Shown in pieces: positions 19,346 through 27,824 of a DNA stretch of 39,762 bases; within the stretch, counting starts at the first letter, position 1; each line of letters starts with the position of its first letter. The notes beneath the pieces are model-generated. The model was given only the letters and a program-made list of their open reading frames with translations. It was not told the DNA's origin and did not search any database. Source of the stretch: Gammaproteobacteria bacterium. Its GTDB lineage: Bacteria; Pseudomonadota; Gammaproteobacteria; SZUA-229. The stretch covers positions 1 through 39,762 of the forward strand of contig JAPHSZ010000022.1 of NCBI GenBank assembly GCA_026196545.1. Direction: 5' to 3'. The translations under genes were made by a program, and so were the position numbers.

Positions 19346-20037
19346 AGGGAATTTTTCACCATTTTTTTCCTGATATTACCTATTGCCTTCGTCGGGTTCA
19401 AACCCTTTGGACAAACCTGCACACAGTTCATGATGGTATGGCAGCGAAACAGCTTAAATGGCCCTTCCAGATTTTCCAGGCGTTCATCCAGCGCCTGGTC
19501 GCGGCTATCTTCAATAAAACGCGAGGCCTGCAACAGGGCCGCAGGACCCAGGAACTTGTCCGGGTTCCACCAGAAGGAAGGACAGGCAGTAGAACAACAG
19601 GCACAGAGTATGCACTCGTATAGACCATCGAGCTTTTCACGCTGTTCCGGGGTCTGCGGCAGCTCCACCTCAGGCACCGGATCTTTTACAATAAGATAAG
19701 GTTTTACTTCACGGTACTGCTGATAGAACTGCTCCATATCGACGATCAGGTCACGCACCACCGGCAGGCCGGGCAAGGGCCTGATTTCAACCGGCTCCCT
19801 GAGATCAGCCAATGGCGTAATACAGGCGAGACCATTCACACCATTGATATTCATACTGTCCGAACCACAGACCCCTTCACCGCAGGATCGCCTGAAGCTC
19901 AGTGTTTCATCCTGCTCTTTCAGCTTCAACAAGGCCGCCAGCAGCATCATGCCGGGTTCGATATCCCTGAGCTCGTATTCCTGCATATAGGGTTTGCTAT
20001 CAAGATCGGGATTGTAACGATAAATATTAAAACGCAT
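19342..20037 (-). CDS. sdhB: Succinate dehydrogenase iron-sulfur subunit
   Basis: RRSCGEGVCGSD, CILCACCSTACP, CHTIMNCVQVCP. Start reset to the ATG at 20037 (MRFNIYRY). Confidence 0.98.
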   Translation of the reverse strand: MRFNIYRYNPDLDSKPYMQEYELRDIEPGMMLLAALLKLKEQDETLSFRRSCGEGVCGSDSMNINGVNGLACITPLADLREPVEIRPLPGLPVVRDLIVDMEQFYQQYREVKPYLIVKDPVPEVELPQTPEQREKLDGLYECILCACCSTACPSFWWNPDKFLGPAALLQASRFIEDSRDQALDERLENLEGPFKLFRCHTIMNCVQVCPKGLNPTKAIGNIRKKMVKNSL

Positions 20038-20038
20038 G

Positions 20039-21808
20039 TCAATAAACCCTGGGTTTCGGCGGAAAGCTGTCCACACTCACCGGTTTGGTTCGAACCGGTT
20101 TGTAATCAAGACCCGATTCAAATGAATACAGGCTATGACGCATCCAGTTTTTGTCATCACGCTCAGGGTAATCGATGCGTGAGTGGGCCCCGCGACTTTC
20201 CCTGCGCGCACAGGCCGAGTGCATGGTCGCCAGCCCACAGGCCATCAAATTTTCCAGCTCCAGCGCTTCGACCCTCGCGGTATTAAAGGTATCACTGTGA
20301 TCACCAATCGTGGCTTCCTTTAAACGCTCCGCCAGCTGTTCAATTTTCTGTACACCTTCTTTCAACACTTCATCATTCCTGAACACGCCGCAGTGCTGTT
20401 CCATCACAGCTTTTAATTCATCACGCAAAGCACTCACCGATTCACCACCGTCTTCAGCCTTTTTGTCCCAACGCTGGAAGCGTGCCATGGCTTTGTTTAC
20501 CGAGGCCTCATCCATGGAACGGTGGTAACGATTTTCTTTCAGGTAATCAATGATATGGTTCGCCGCCGCTCGACCAAACACCAGGATATCGAGCAGTGAA
20601 TTACCACCCAGACGATTCGCCCCATGCACTGAAACACAGGCGCATTCACCCGCCGCGTACAGGCCTTCAATCACTTCTTCGGGGGTATCCTTGACCGGCA
20701 TCACCACCTGGCCATTGCGGTTGGTCGGAATACCGCCCATGGTGTAATGCGCCGTCGGGAAAACCGGGATTGCCGCTTCCGCCGGATCAATACCCAAAAA
20801 GGTCATGCAGGTCTGGCGAATGCCCGGCAGGCGTTTCTGGATCACCGCCTCACCCAGATGATCGAGCTTCAACATGACATAATCTTTATTCGGCCCACAG
20901 CCACGGCCTTCACGAATCTCGGTAGCGATTGCACGGCTCACCACGTCACGGCTGGCGAGGTCTTTGGCCTTGGGTGCATAACGCTCCATCAAACGCTCAC
21001 CATCACCATTGACCAGATAGCCACCCTCACCGCGAGCACCCTCGGTAATCAACATGCCGCGGCCCGCAATACCGGTGGGATGAAACTGGAAGAACTCCAT
21101 ATCCTGCAACGGCACACCAGCGCGCAGGGCCATACCCAGGCCATCACCGGTGTTGATCATGGCGTTGGTAGTTGTCCTGTAAAGCTGCCCGGCGCCACCG
21201 GTCGCGAGCAGGGTTGTTTTGGCTTCGATAATGATTGGCTGGCCATCGTGAATATTAAATATCAGAGCGCCCAGCACATGGCCTTCATCATTCTTCAACA
21301 GATCCACCGAAAAATATTCATCAAAGAAATGGGTTCTGGCGCGAATGTTCTGTTGATACAGACTGTGCAAAATGGCGTGGCCGGTCCGATCCGCTGCCGC
21401 ACAGGTTCGTGCCGCCTGGTCACCACCAAAGTTCTGGCTCTGGCCGCCAAAGGGCCGCTGATAAATTTTACCATTGTCCAGGCGGGAAAATGGCACACCA
21501 AAATGCTCCAGTTCATAAACCGCTTTCGGTGCCGCACGGCACATATATTCAATTGCATCCTGGTCGCCAAGATAATCGCTACCTTTAATGGTATCGAACA
21601 TATGCCAGTGCCAGTTATCCGGCAGCACGTTGGCCAACGCCGCATTCATACCGCCCTGCGCCGCCACCGTATGTGAACGCGTCGGGAAAACTTTGGACAC
21701 CACCGCAACACTGGCATCGGCATCCGACAGCTTCAGCGCAGCCCGCAGGCCACCACCGCCTGCACCAATGATCAGGGTATCGAACTTACGTCTTTGTATT
21801 GCTGCCAT
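20039..21808 (-). CDS. sdhA: Succinate dehydrogenase flavoprotein subunit
   Basis: GAGGGG, FAD-His RSHTVAAQGG, QFHPT, HYTMGG, HGANRLGGNSL, RESRGAH. Start reset to 21808. Confidence 0.98.
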   Translation of the reverse strand: MAAIQRRKFDTLIIGAGGGGLRAALKLSDADASVAVVSKVFPTRSHTVAAQGGMNAALANVLPDNWHWHMFDTIKGSDYLGDQDAIEYMCRAAPKAVYELEHFGVPFSRLDNGKIYQRPFGGQSQNFGGDQAARTCAAADRTGHAILHSLYQQNIRARTHFFDEYFSVDLLKNDEGHVLGALIFNIHDGQPIIIEAKTTLLATGGAGQLYRTTTNAMINTGDGLGMALRAGVPLQDMEFFQFHPTGIAGRGMLITEGARGEGGYLVNGDGERLMERYAPKAKDLASRDVVSRAIATEIREGRGCGPNKDYVMLKLDHLGEAVIQKRLPGIRQTCMTFLGIDPAEAAIPVFPTAHYTMGGIPTNRNGQVVMPVKDTPEEVIEGLYAAGECACVSVHGANRLGGNSLLDILVFGRAAANHIIDYLKENRYHRSMDEASVNKAMARFQRWDKKAEDGGESVSALRDELKAVMEQHCGVFRNDEVLKEGVQKIEQLAERLKEATIGDHSDTFNTARVEALELENLMACGLATMHSACARRESRGAHSRIDYPERDDKNWMRHSLYSFESGLDYKPVRTKPVSVDSFPPKPRVY

Positions 21809-21810
21809 GT

Positions 21811-22155
21811 TTACCCAACCATCGAAAATAATAAAATACGCATCACCCACAGACCACAACCGACCAGCACACCCACAACCAGCGCGAGCACAAACATGCG
21901 CAGCATAATATTGTGCACATAATCCAGTATCACATCACGCATACCTACCCACGCATGAAACAGAACCGCAACAATAAACAGCCCGAATGCAATCGAATTG
22001 AATGGGTGAAACAACCAGCTGCGCCAGTGTTCAAAACTGACAACATCGACACTGAGGCCACAGAATAATGAATAGGTTAAAAATAATGCAATATAGACAG
22101 CCGTAACACGCTGCACCACCCAGGGCTTTAAGCCTTCGAGAATATAAAGGCTCAT
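21811..22155 (-). CDS. sdhD: Succinate dehydrogenase hydrophobic anchor subunit
   Basis: WVVQRVTA, heme His in FHAWVGMRDVILDY. The start at 22155 overlaps the sdhC stop (ATGA). Confidence 0.95.
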   Translation of the reverse strand: MSLYILEGLKPWVVQRVTAVYIALFLTYSLFCGLSVDVVSFEHWRSWLFHPFNSIAFGLFIVAVLFHAWVGMRDVILDYVHNIMLRMFVLALVVGVLVGCGLWVMRILLFSMVG

Positions 22156-22538
22156 AACAACATCCCCAGCGCCACAATCACAACAACTGAGACGGCCAGA
22201 AACATCACCAGCCATGCCGCACGGTTTGCAGGAATTTTCTCAACGGCGATATCCGCATCGATCAACAGAAAACGAATACCGGCAAAAAAATGATGCGCCA
22301 GTGCCCAGACAAAAAGAAGCTGCACGATGACCAGAACCGGGTGCTGAAGAATAGAAAGTGCCTGCTGAAAACCTTCATCCGATTGCACAGACAAATCGAG
22401 CAGATAAACAACGAAGGGCATGGCCAGAAACATTAAAGCACCCGATACGCGATGCGCTAGAGAAACCGCAGCGGCAACGGGTAAACGAATCTTGAAAAGA
22501 TTCAGATAAACTGGGCGCTTATCTTTTTCCATGCTCAT
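22152..22538 (-). CDS. sdhC: Succinate dehydrogenase cytochrome b556 subunit
   Basis: RPVYLNL, SLAHRVSG, HHFFAGIRFLLID. Confidence 0.95.
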   Translation of the reverse strand: MSMEKDKRPVYLNLFKIRLPVAAAVSLAHRVSGALMFLAMPFVVYLLDLSVQSDEGFQQALSILQHPVLVIVQLLFVWALAHHFFAGIRFLLIDADIAVEKIPANRAAWLVMFLAVSVVVIVALGMLL

Positions 22539-22729
22539 TACCTGAAGAATATATTTTAACCATCTTGAACACTATCATAGAACAGTCCATTAGCAATTCA
22601 CAGCAAACAACCAAATGAAACCAGGCCATCTCCAATTTATACCCGTATAATCTGTGACATGATTTAAGCACACGGATTGTCTAAACTGGGCATCCAGCAG
22701 GAATATCGACAAACAACGAGATAACTCTA

Positions 22730-23779
22730 ATGAAAACTGAATGGCAAAATTTCCTGAAAAATGCAGGCGCTGAATTCCTTGAACATAAAGTCGAGTCTTT
22801 TGGTAACCCGGCCAGAGAACGCCAGGTCATCCACTCCGGCAGCACGCTTTGCGACCTGTCGCACTACGGCCTGATCGCCGCCTACGGTGAAGATGCCGTT
22901 GATTTCCTGCAGGGCCAGTTCACCAACGATGTCACCGAGGTCAATCACAGCCACAGCCAGCTCAGCGCCTACTGCACCCCCAAAGGCCGCATGCTAGCCA
23001 ATTTCAGGATTTTCAAACAGGGTGAAACACTTTACCTGTGCCTGCCCCAGCCCCTGCTACAGCCCGTACTCGACAGGCTACGCATGTTCGTGATGCGCTC
23101 AAAAGTCACCCTGGAGGATGCCAGCAACTCACTGATGCGCTTTGGCCTGAATGGCCCGGATGCAGCAGACCGGCTAAAAACCAAAGCCGGTAGCATCCCC
23201 GAGCAGGTCAATGACAGCATCCAACTGGATAACTGCACCATCATCCGCAGCCACGGCAGTGACCCGAGGTTTGAAATCTACGGCCACCTCGATGCCGTCA
23301 CTCACCTCTGGCAGTCACTCGATGTCGACGCTACCGCTGTCGGCGCAGCCATCTGGGAACTGCTGAATATTCAGGCAGGTATCCCAGTGATCGTGTCTGA
23401 AACCGTCGAAGCCTTCGTCCCACAAATGGCCAATATGTCATTGGTCGGTGGCATCAACTTCAAAAAAGGCTGCTACACCGGGCAGGAAATTGTTGCCCGC
23501 ATGCACTACCTCGGCAAACTGAAAAAACGCATGTACCGCGTTGCCATTGATAGCAACGAAGCCCCCAAAGCCGGTGACAAAATCTTCACCAAAAACACCA
23601 CCGCAGGCAGCGGTACCGGCACGATAGTCAGTGCCGAACAAAATGCTGATGGCGTTTATGAAGCCCTGGCGGTGATACAGATTGCCGATGCAGAAAGCCA
23701 GCCGTTGCAGTTGCACGATGCCTCAGGACCTGCGATTAAAATACTGGAACTGCCTTATTCATTTGAACAGGCTGAATAA
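22730..23779 (+). CDS. ygfZ: Folate-binding Fe-S cluster assembly/repair protein YgfZ
   Basis: FLQGQFTND, CTPKGRM and the signature KGCYTGQE; divergent from the sdh/sdhE unit. Confidence 0.95.
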   Translation: MKTEWQNFLKNAGAEFLEHKVESFGNPARERQVIHSGSTLCDLSHYGLIAAYGEDAVDFLQGQFTNDVTEVNHSHSQLSAYCTPKGRMLANFRIFKQGETLYLCLPQPLLQPVLDRLRMFVMRSKVTLEDASNSLMRFGLNGPDAADRLKTKAGSIPEQVNDSIQLDNCTIIRSHGSDPRFEIYGHLDAVTHLWQSLDVDATAVGAAIWELLNIQAGIPVIVSETVEAFVPQMANMSLVGGINFKKGCYTGQEIVARMHYLGKLKKRMYRVAIDSNEAPKAGDKIFTKNTTAGSGTGTIVSAEQNADGVYEALAVIQIADAESQPLQLHDASGPAIKILELPYSFEQAE

Positions 23780-23785
23780 CAAACA

Positions 23786-24379
23786 GTGAAAAATAGGCCC
23801 TATGCAGAATCCTGCGACCAGAACCGCGATGCCATTCTGGATATTATTCAACCCTTATTAGTCAACACCCGCTCCCTGCTAGAAATCGGCAGCGGCACCG
23901 GCCAACATGCCGTTTATTTTACCGAAAAATTGCCGCACATCACATGGCACACCAGCGACCGTGCAGAAAATATCGAAGGCATAAAACTCTGGCTGTCCGA
24001 GGCAGACCATGAACGATTACCCCCACCCATAGAACTGGATGTCCAACAAAAAAACTGGCCACAAATGACCATTGATACCATCTTTACCGCAAACACCTGC
24101 CACATCATGAATCAACAATCAGTTGAAATAATGATCGCTCAGGCTGGCAAACTCCTCCCCGCAGGCGGCCAGCTCATTATCTACGGGCCCTTTAACTACA
24201 ACCGGCAATACACCAGCCCCAGCAATGAACGATTTGACCAGTGGCTGAAACAAAGAGACCCGGAAAGTGCGATAAGGAATTTTGAGGATTTGAATGAAAT
24301 GGCTGGGCGGGCTGGTTTGGGGTTGGTTGGGGATTATGAGATGCCGGCTAATAATCGGGTTTTGTGTTGGGGGCGGTGA
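23786..24379 (+). CDS. DUF938 class I SAM-dependent methyltransferase
   Basis: LEIGSGTGQHA, ANTCHIM, YGPFNY, SNERFDQWL, MPANN. Confidence 0.9.
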   Translation: MKNRPYAESCDQNRDAILDIIQPLLVNTRSLLEIGSGTGQHAVYFTEKLPHITWHTSDRAENIEGIKLWLSEADHERLPPPIELDVQQKNWPQMTIDTIFTANTCHIMNQQSVEIMIAQAGKLLPAGGQLIIYGPFNYNRQYTSPSNERFDQWLKQRDPESAIRNFEDLNEMAGRAGLGLVGDYEMPANNRVLCWGR

Positions 24380-24389
24380 AAAGGTTTAT

Positions 24390-24418
24390 GCATTCCCACG
24401 CAGGAGCGTGGGAACGAG
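24390..24418. repeat. REP-like extragenic palindrome between the convergent DUF938 and lysS genes
   Basis: GCATTCCCACGC-AGGA-GCGTGGGAACGAG, with a perfect 9-bp stem at 24393-24414. It resembles the TCGTTCCCACGC...GCGTGGGAATG repeat class I recall from Pseudomonas and other gammaproteobacteria. Confidence 0.75.
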
Positions 24419-24423
24419 ATCAA

Positions 24424-25944
24424 TTACACTTCTACCTTCATATGCGGAAACAAAATCACATCCCTGATCGAAGGCGCATCCGTCAACAACATAATCAAAC
24501 GATCAATCCCTATCCCCTCACCTGCTGTTGGCGGCATGCCATATTCAAGCGCACGCACATAGTCGGCATCAAAGTGCATAGCCTCTTCATCACCGGCATC
24601 TTTTTCTGCGACCTGTTTATGAAAACGCTCAGCCTGGTCTTCCGCATCATTCAACTCAGAAAAACCATTGGCGATTTCACGGCCACCGACGAAGAATTCA
24701 AAACGATCGGTGACATGGTGATTGTCATCATTGCGTCGCGCTAATGGTGAAACCTCGGTAGGATATTCGGTAATAAAGGTTGGATCCATCAAGCGATGCT
24801 CGACAGTTTTCTCGAAGATTTCGATCTGCAACTTACCCAGACCATAGGAATCTTTAACTGGAATACCTAAATCTTCTGCAACTTTGGTTGCGCTTTCAAC
24901 ACTGGAAATATCTTCAGCCTTGAGATCAGGGTTGTAATGCAAAATAGAATCAAACACCGACATGCGCGCAAACGGTTTACCGAAGTGGTATTCCTCACCC
25001 TGATAGTTAATGGTAGTGGTACCAATTACCTGTTCGGTCAGTTTACGCAGCAGGTCTTCGGTTAAATCCATCAGGTCTTTGTAATCAGCATAGGCCTGAT
25101 AAAACTCGATCATGGTGAACTCGGGATTGTGCCGTGTTGAAACGCCTTCGTTTCTGAAATTGCGGTTGATTTCGTAAACGCGTTCAAAACCACCAACCAC
25201 CAGACGCTTCAGGTAAAGCTCGGGCGCAATACGCATGAACATCGGCAGGCCAAGTGCATTGTGGTAAGTCTCGAACGGTTTTGCGGTAGCGCCACCAGGG
25301 ATCACCTGCATCATCGGGGTTTCCACTTCCATGAAATCATGGCCGTCAAAATAATTACGGATAAAGGCAATAATTTTGGTGCGCATTACAAACGTGTCTT
25401 TGACTTCCTGATTCATGATCAGATCAAGATAACGCTGGCGGTAACGAATTTCGGTATCGGTCAGGCCGTGGAACTTGCCCGGCAACGGGCGCAGTGATTT
25501 GGTCAGCAATTTAACTTCATCAACCTTGATAGACAGCTCACCGGTTTTGGTTTTAAACATGATACCTTCGGCACCGATAACGTCACCGACATCCCATTTT
25601 TTGAAGCTGTCGTTATAAACACCTTCGGGCAGGTTATCACGCTGTAGAAAAAGTTGAATAGTGCCAGACATATCCTGCAACTTGGCAAAGCTGGCTTTGC
25701 CCATGACGCGTTTCGCCATCATGCGACCCGCAATTGAAACGCGCTGCCCCATTGCTTCGAGCTCTTCGGTAGTTTTTTCGCTGTAGAGCGCGTGCAGGTC
25801 GGCGGCCATCGAATCACGCCTGAAGTCATTCGGGAAGGCGTTGCCGTTTTCACGCAGGCCGCTGAGTTTTTCGCGGCGTTGCGCAATTAACTTGTTCTCT
25901 TCTTCCTGCGTTAGCTCTTCCTGTTCTTCTATTTTGTCATTCAT
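24424..25944 (-). CDS. lysS: Lysine--tRNA ligase (class II)
   Basis: OB-fold anticodon-binding domain, [38 protein letters not shown]. Confidence 0.99.
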   Translation of the reverse strand: MNDKIEEQEELTQEEENKLIAQRREKLSGLRENGNAFPNDFRRDSMAADLHALYSEKTTEELEAMGQRVSIAGRMMAKRVMGKASFAKLQDMSGTIQLFLQRDNLPEGVYNDSFKKWDVGDVIGAEGIMFKTKTGELSIKVDEVKLLTKSLRPLPGKFHGLTDTEIRYRQRYLDLIMNQEVKDTFVMRTKIIAFIRNYFDGHDFMEVETPMMQVIPGGATAKPFETYHNALGLPMFMRIAPELYLKRLVVGGFERVYEINRNFRNEGVSTRHNPEFTMIEFYQAYADYKDLMDLTEDLLRKLTEQVIGTTTINYQGEEYHFGKPFARMSVFDSILHYNPDLKAEDISSVESATKVAEDLGIPVKDSYGLGKLQIEIFEKTVEHRLMDPTFITEYPTEVSPLARRNDDNHHVTDRFEFFVGGREIANGFSELNDAEDQAERFHKQVAEKDAGDEEAMHFDADYVRALEYGMPPTAGEGIGIDRLIMLLTDAPSIRDVILFPHMKVEV

Positions 25945-25946
25945 GA

Positions 25947-27042
25947 TTACAAACCGCTCTTTAAGCTAGCTTCGATAAATTGGTCTAAATCGCCGTCGAG
26001 TACCGCCTGGGTATTGCCGGTTTCAACATTGGTGCGAAGGTCTTTGATTCTTGACTGGTCGAGCACGTAGGAGCGTATCTGGCTGCCCCAGCCGATATCT
26101 GATTTGGTTTCTTCCAGTGCCTGCTGGTCGGCATTGCGTTTCTGTATTTCCAGCTCATACAGTTTTGCTTTCAGCTGTTTCATCGCCGCGGCCTTGTTCT
26201 TGTGCTGCGAGCGGTCATTCTGGCACTGTACCACGACACCGGTCGGGTTATGAGTGATACGCACCGCCGACTCGGTTTTGTTGACGTGCTGGCCACCGGC
26301 ACCGCTGGCGCGGTAAACATCGATACGCAGATCCGCCGGGTTAATATCAATTTCAATATCATCATCAATTTCAGGGGAGACGAACACCGAGGCAAATGAA
26401 GTGTGGCGACGGTTGCCCGAATCGAACGGTGATTTTCTCACTAAACGGTGCACACCGGTTTCGGTACGCAGACGGCCAAAAACATAATCGCCTTCAAAAT
26501 GGATGGTTGCACTTTTAATGCCGGCGACATCACCCGGCGAGGCTTCCATCAACTCAGTTTTGAAACCGTGGGCCTCACCCCAACGCAGATACATGCGCAG
26601 GATCATCTCGGCCCAATCCTGGGCTTCGGTGCCACCGGAACCAGACTGAATATCGAGGAAGGCATTGCAGGCGTCCATTTCGCCGGAGAACATGCGGCGG
26701 AATTCCAGCTCTTCGACCTGTTTAACAAACTGCTCAAGGTCTTCACTAACGGCTTGTGCGCTTTCCTCGTCATTTTCTTCGAGGGCCATGTCCAGCAGGT
26801 CGCTGGCATCGTCGAGGCCGGTATTTAATTCTTCCAGGGTGACAACAATTTTTTCCAGACGCGCTCGGTCCTGGCCTAATTGCTGGGCGCGCTCGGGATC
26901 GTTCCAGACATCAGGCTGCTCCAGCTCACGAACAACTTCTTCGAGCTGTTCTTTGCGCTGATCGAAGTCAAAGGTACCCCCTAAGCGACTCTGAGCGCTG
27001 CTTGAGGTCATTGATTAGATTGGATATGTAATTGACTTCCAT
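25947..27042 (-). CDS. prfB: Peptide chain release factor 2 (programmed +1 frameshift; join 27042-26971, 26969-25947; ~364 aa)
   Basis: Frame 1 encodes [24 protein letters not shown], followed by an in-frame TGA. The +1 frame continues [11 protein letters not shown] and contains SPF and GGQ. Confidence 0.98.
26967..26982 (-). promoter_or_regulatory. RF2 autoregulatory frameshift site
   Basis: Minus strand AGGGGG-TAC-CTT-TGA-C: internal SD, 3-nt spacer and the canonical CTT TGA C slip site. Confidence 0.97.
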
Positions 27043-27128
27043 CGTATATTTGCGCGGCCTGAACCAGTAAATTTGAAGCCGCAAATCTTACCCTATGAGC
27101 GCACCGATTGCAGCCCTGATACGGGGGT

Positions 27129-27824
27129 TTAGCTCACCTGTTTGGGCTTGCTGGCGACATTATCGCGCAAATAGACCGGAATCGCTTCGGCCGCAGCTAC
27201 AGCCCCACCGTTTTCGTAAACACCGATAGCCAGCCTTGCAACCGACTCTGCGCTTGGGAAACATTCATCCAGTGATATAATGCAACGATCAGGCAGTGCC
27301 GGTTTCATAACATCACCATAGCTGCCCCAGCCAGTGCCAGCGGCCACCCACTCACCTGCTTCCGGGATCGGCGCTTTTTCTGGCGCGACTACGATCTCCT
27401 CGCCCTGCAAAACAACCTGACCGTCATCATACCGGCGATACGCACCCCAGTAAACTTCCCTCATACGCGCATCAATCGCAGCCAGCACCTGGGACTCGCC
27501 TGTTTGTTGCATGGCAACACTGGCAATCGCCGCCAGTGATGACACCGGCACCACCGGAATTGAGTGTGCAAAGGCAATGCCCTGCACGACACCAGCGGCA
27601 ACGCGCACGCCCATGAACGAACCGGGACCACGAGCAAAAGCCATGACATCAATATCGCTAGCCTTTAACCCAGCATCCTGCAACAGGCTTTCGATCATGC
27701 CGAGGATCAAATGCGTGTGCTCACGCGGTGCCACTTTATAGTGGTGTTTGATTTCTCCATCAATCGACAGTGCCGCTGAACAGGCTTCGGTTGAGGTATC
27801 AAGCGCCAGCAGTTTCACACTCAT
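27129..27824 (-). CDS. tsaB: tRNA threonylcarbamoyladenosine biosynthesis protein TsaB
   Basis: LLALDTSTEACS, GPGSFMGVR, IDARMREVY, PVYLR. Start reset to the ATG at 27824 (or GTG at 27818). Confidence 0.96.
   Translation of the reverse strand: MSVKLLALDTSTEACSAALSIDGEIKHHYKVAPREHTHLILGMIESLLQDAGLKASDIDVMAFARGPGSFMGVRVAAGVVQGIAFAHSIPVVPVSSLAAIASVAMQQTGESQVLAAIDARMREVYWGAYRRYDDGQVVLQGEEIVVAPEKAPIPEAGEWVAAGTGWGSYGDVMKPALPDRCIISLDECFPSAESVARLAIGVYENGGAVAAAEAIPVYLRDNVASKPKQVS

Noticed and set aside
20747-21676. 309-aa + strand ORF opposite sdhA
   Set aside because: It is an antisense shadow of a conserved gene with biased codon use and has no recognisable motifs.
22629-22679. TGTGA half-site and imperfect inverted repeat upstream of ygfZ/sdhC (CRP-like)
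   Set aside because: The second half-site (TTAAG) does not match TCACA at 6-nt spacing; too weak to call.
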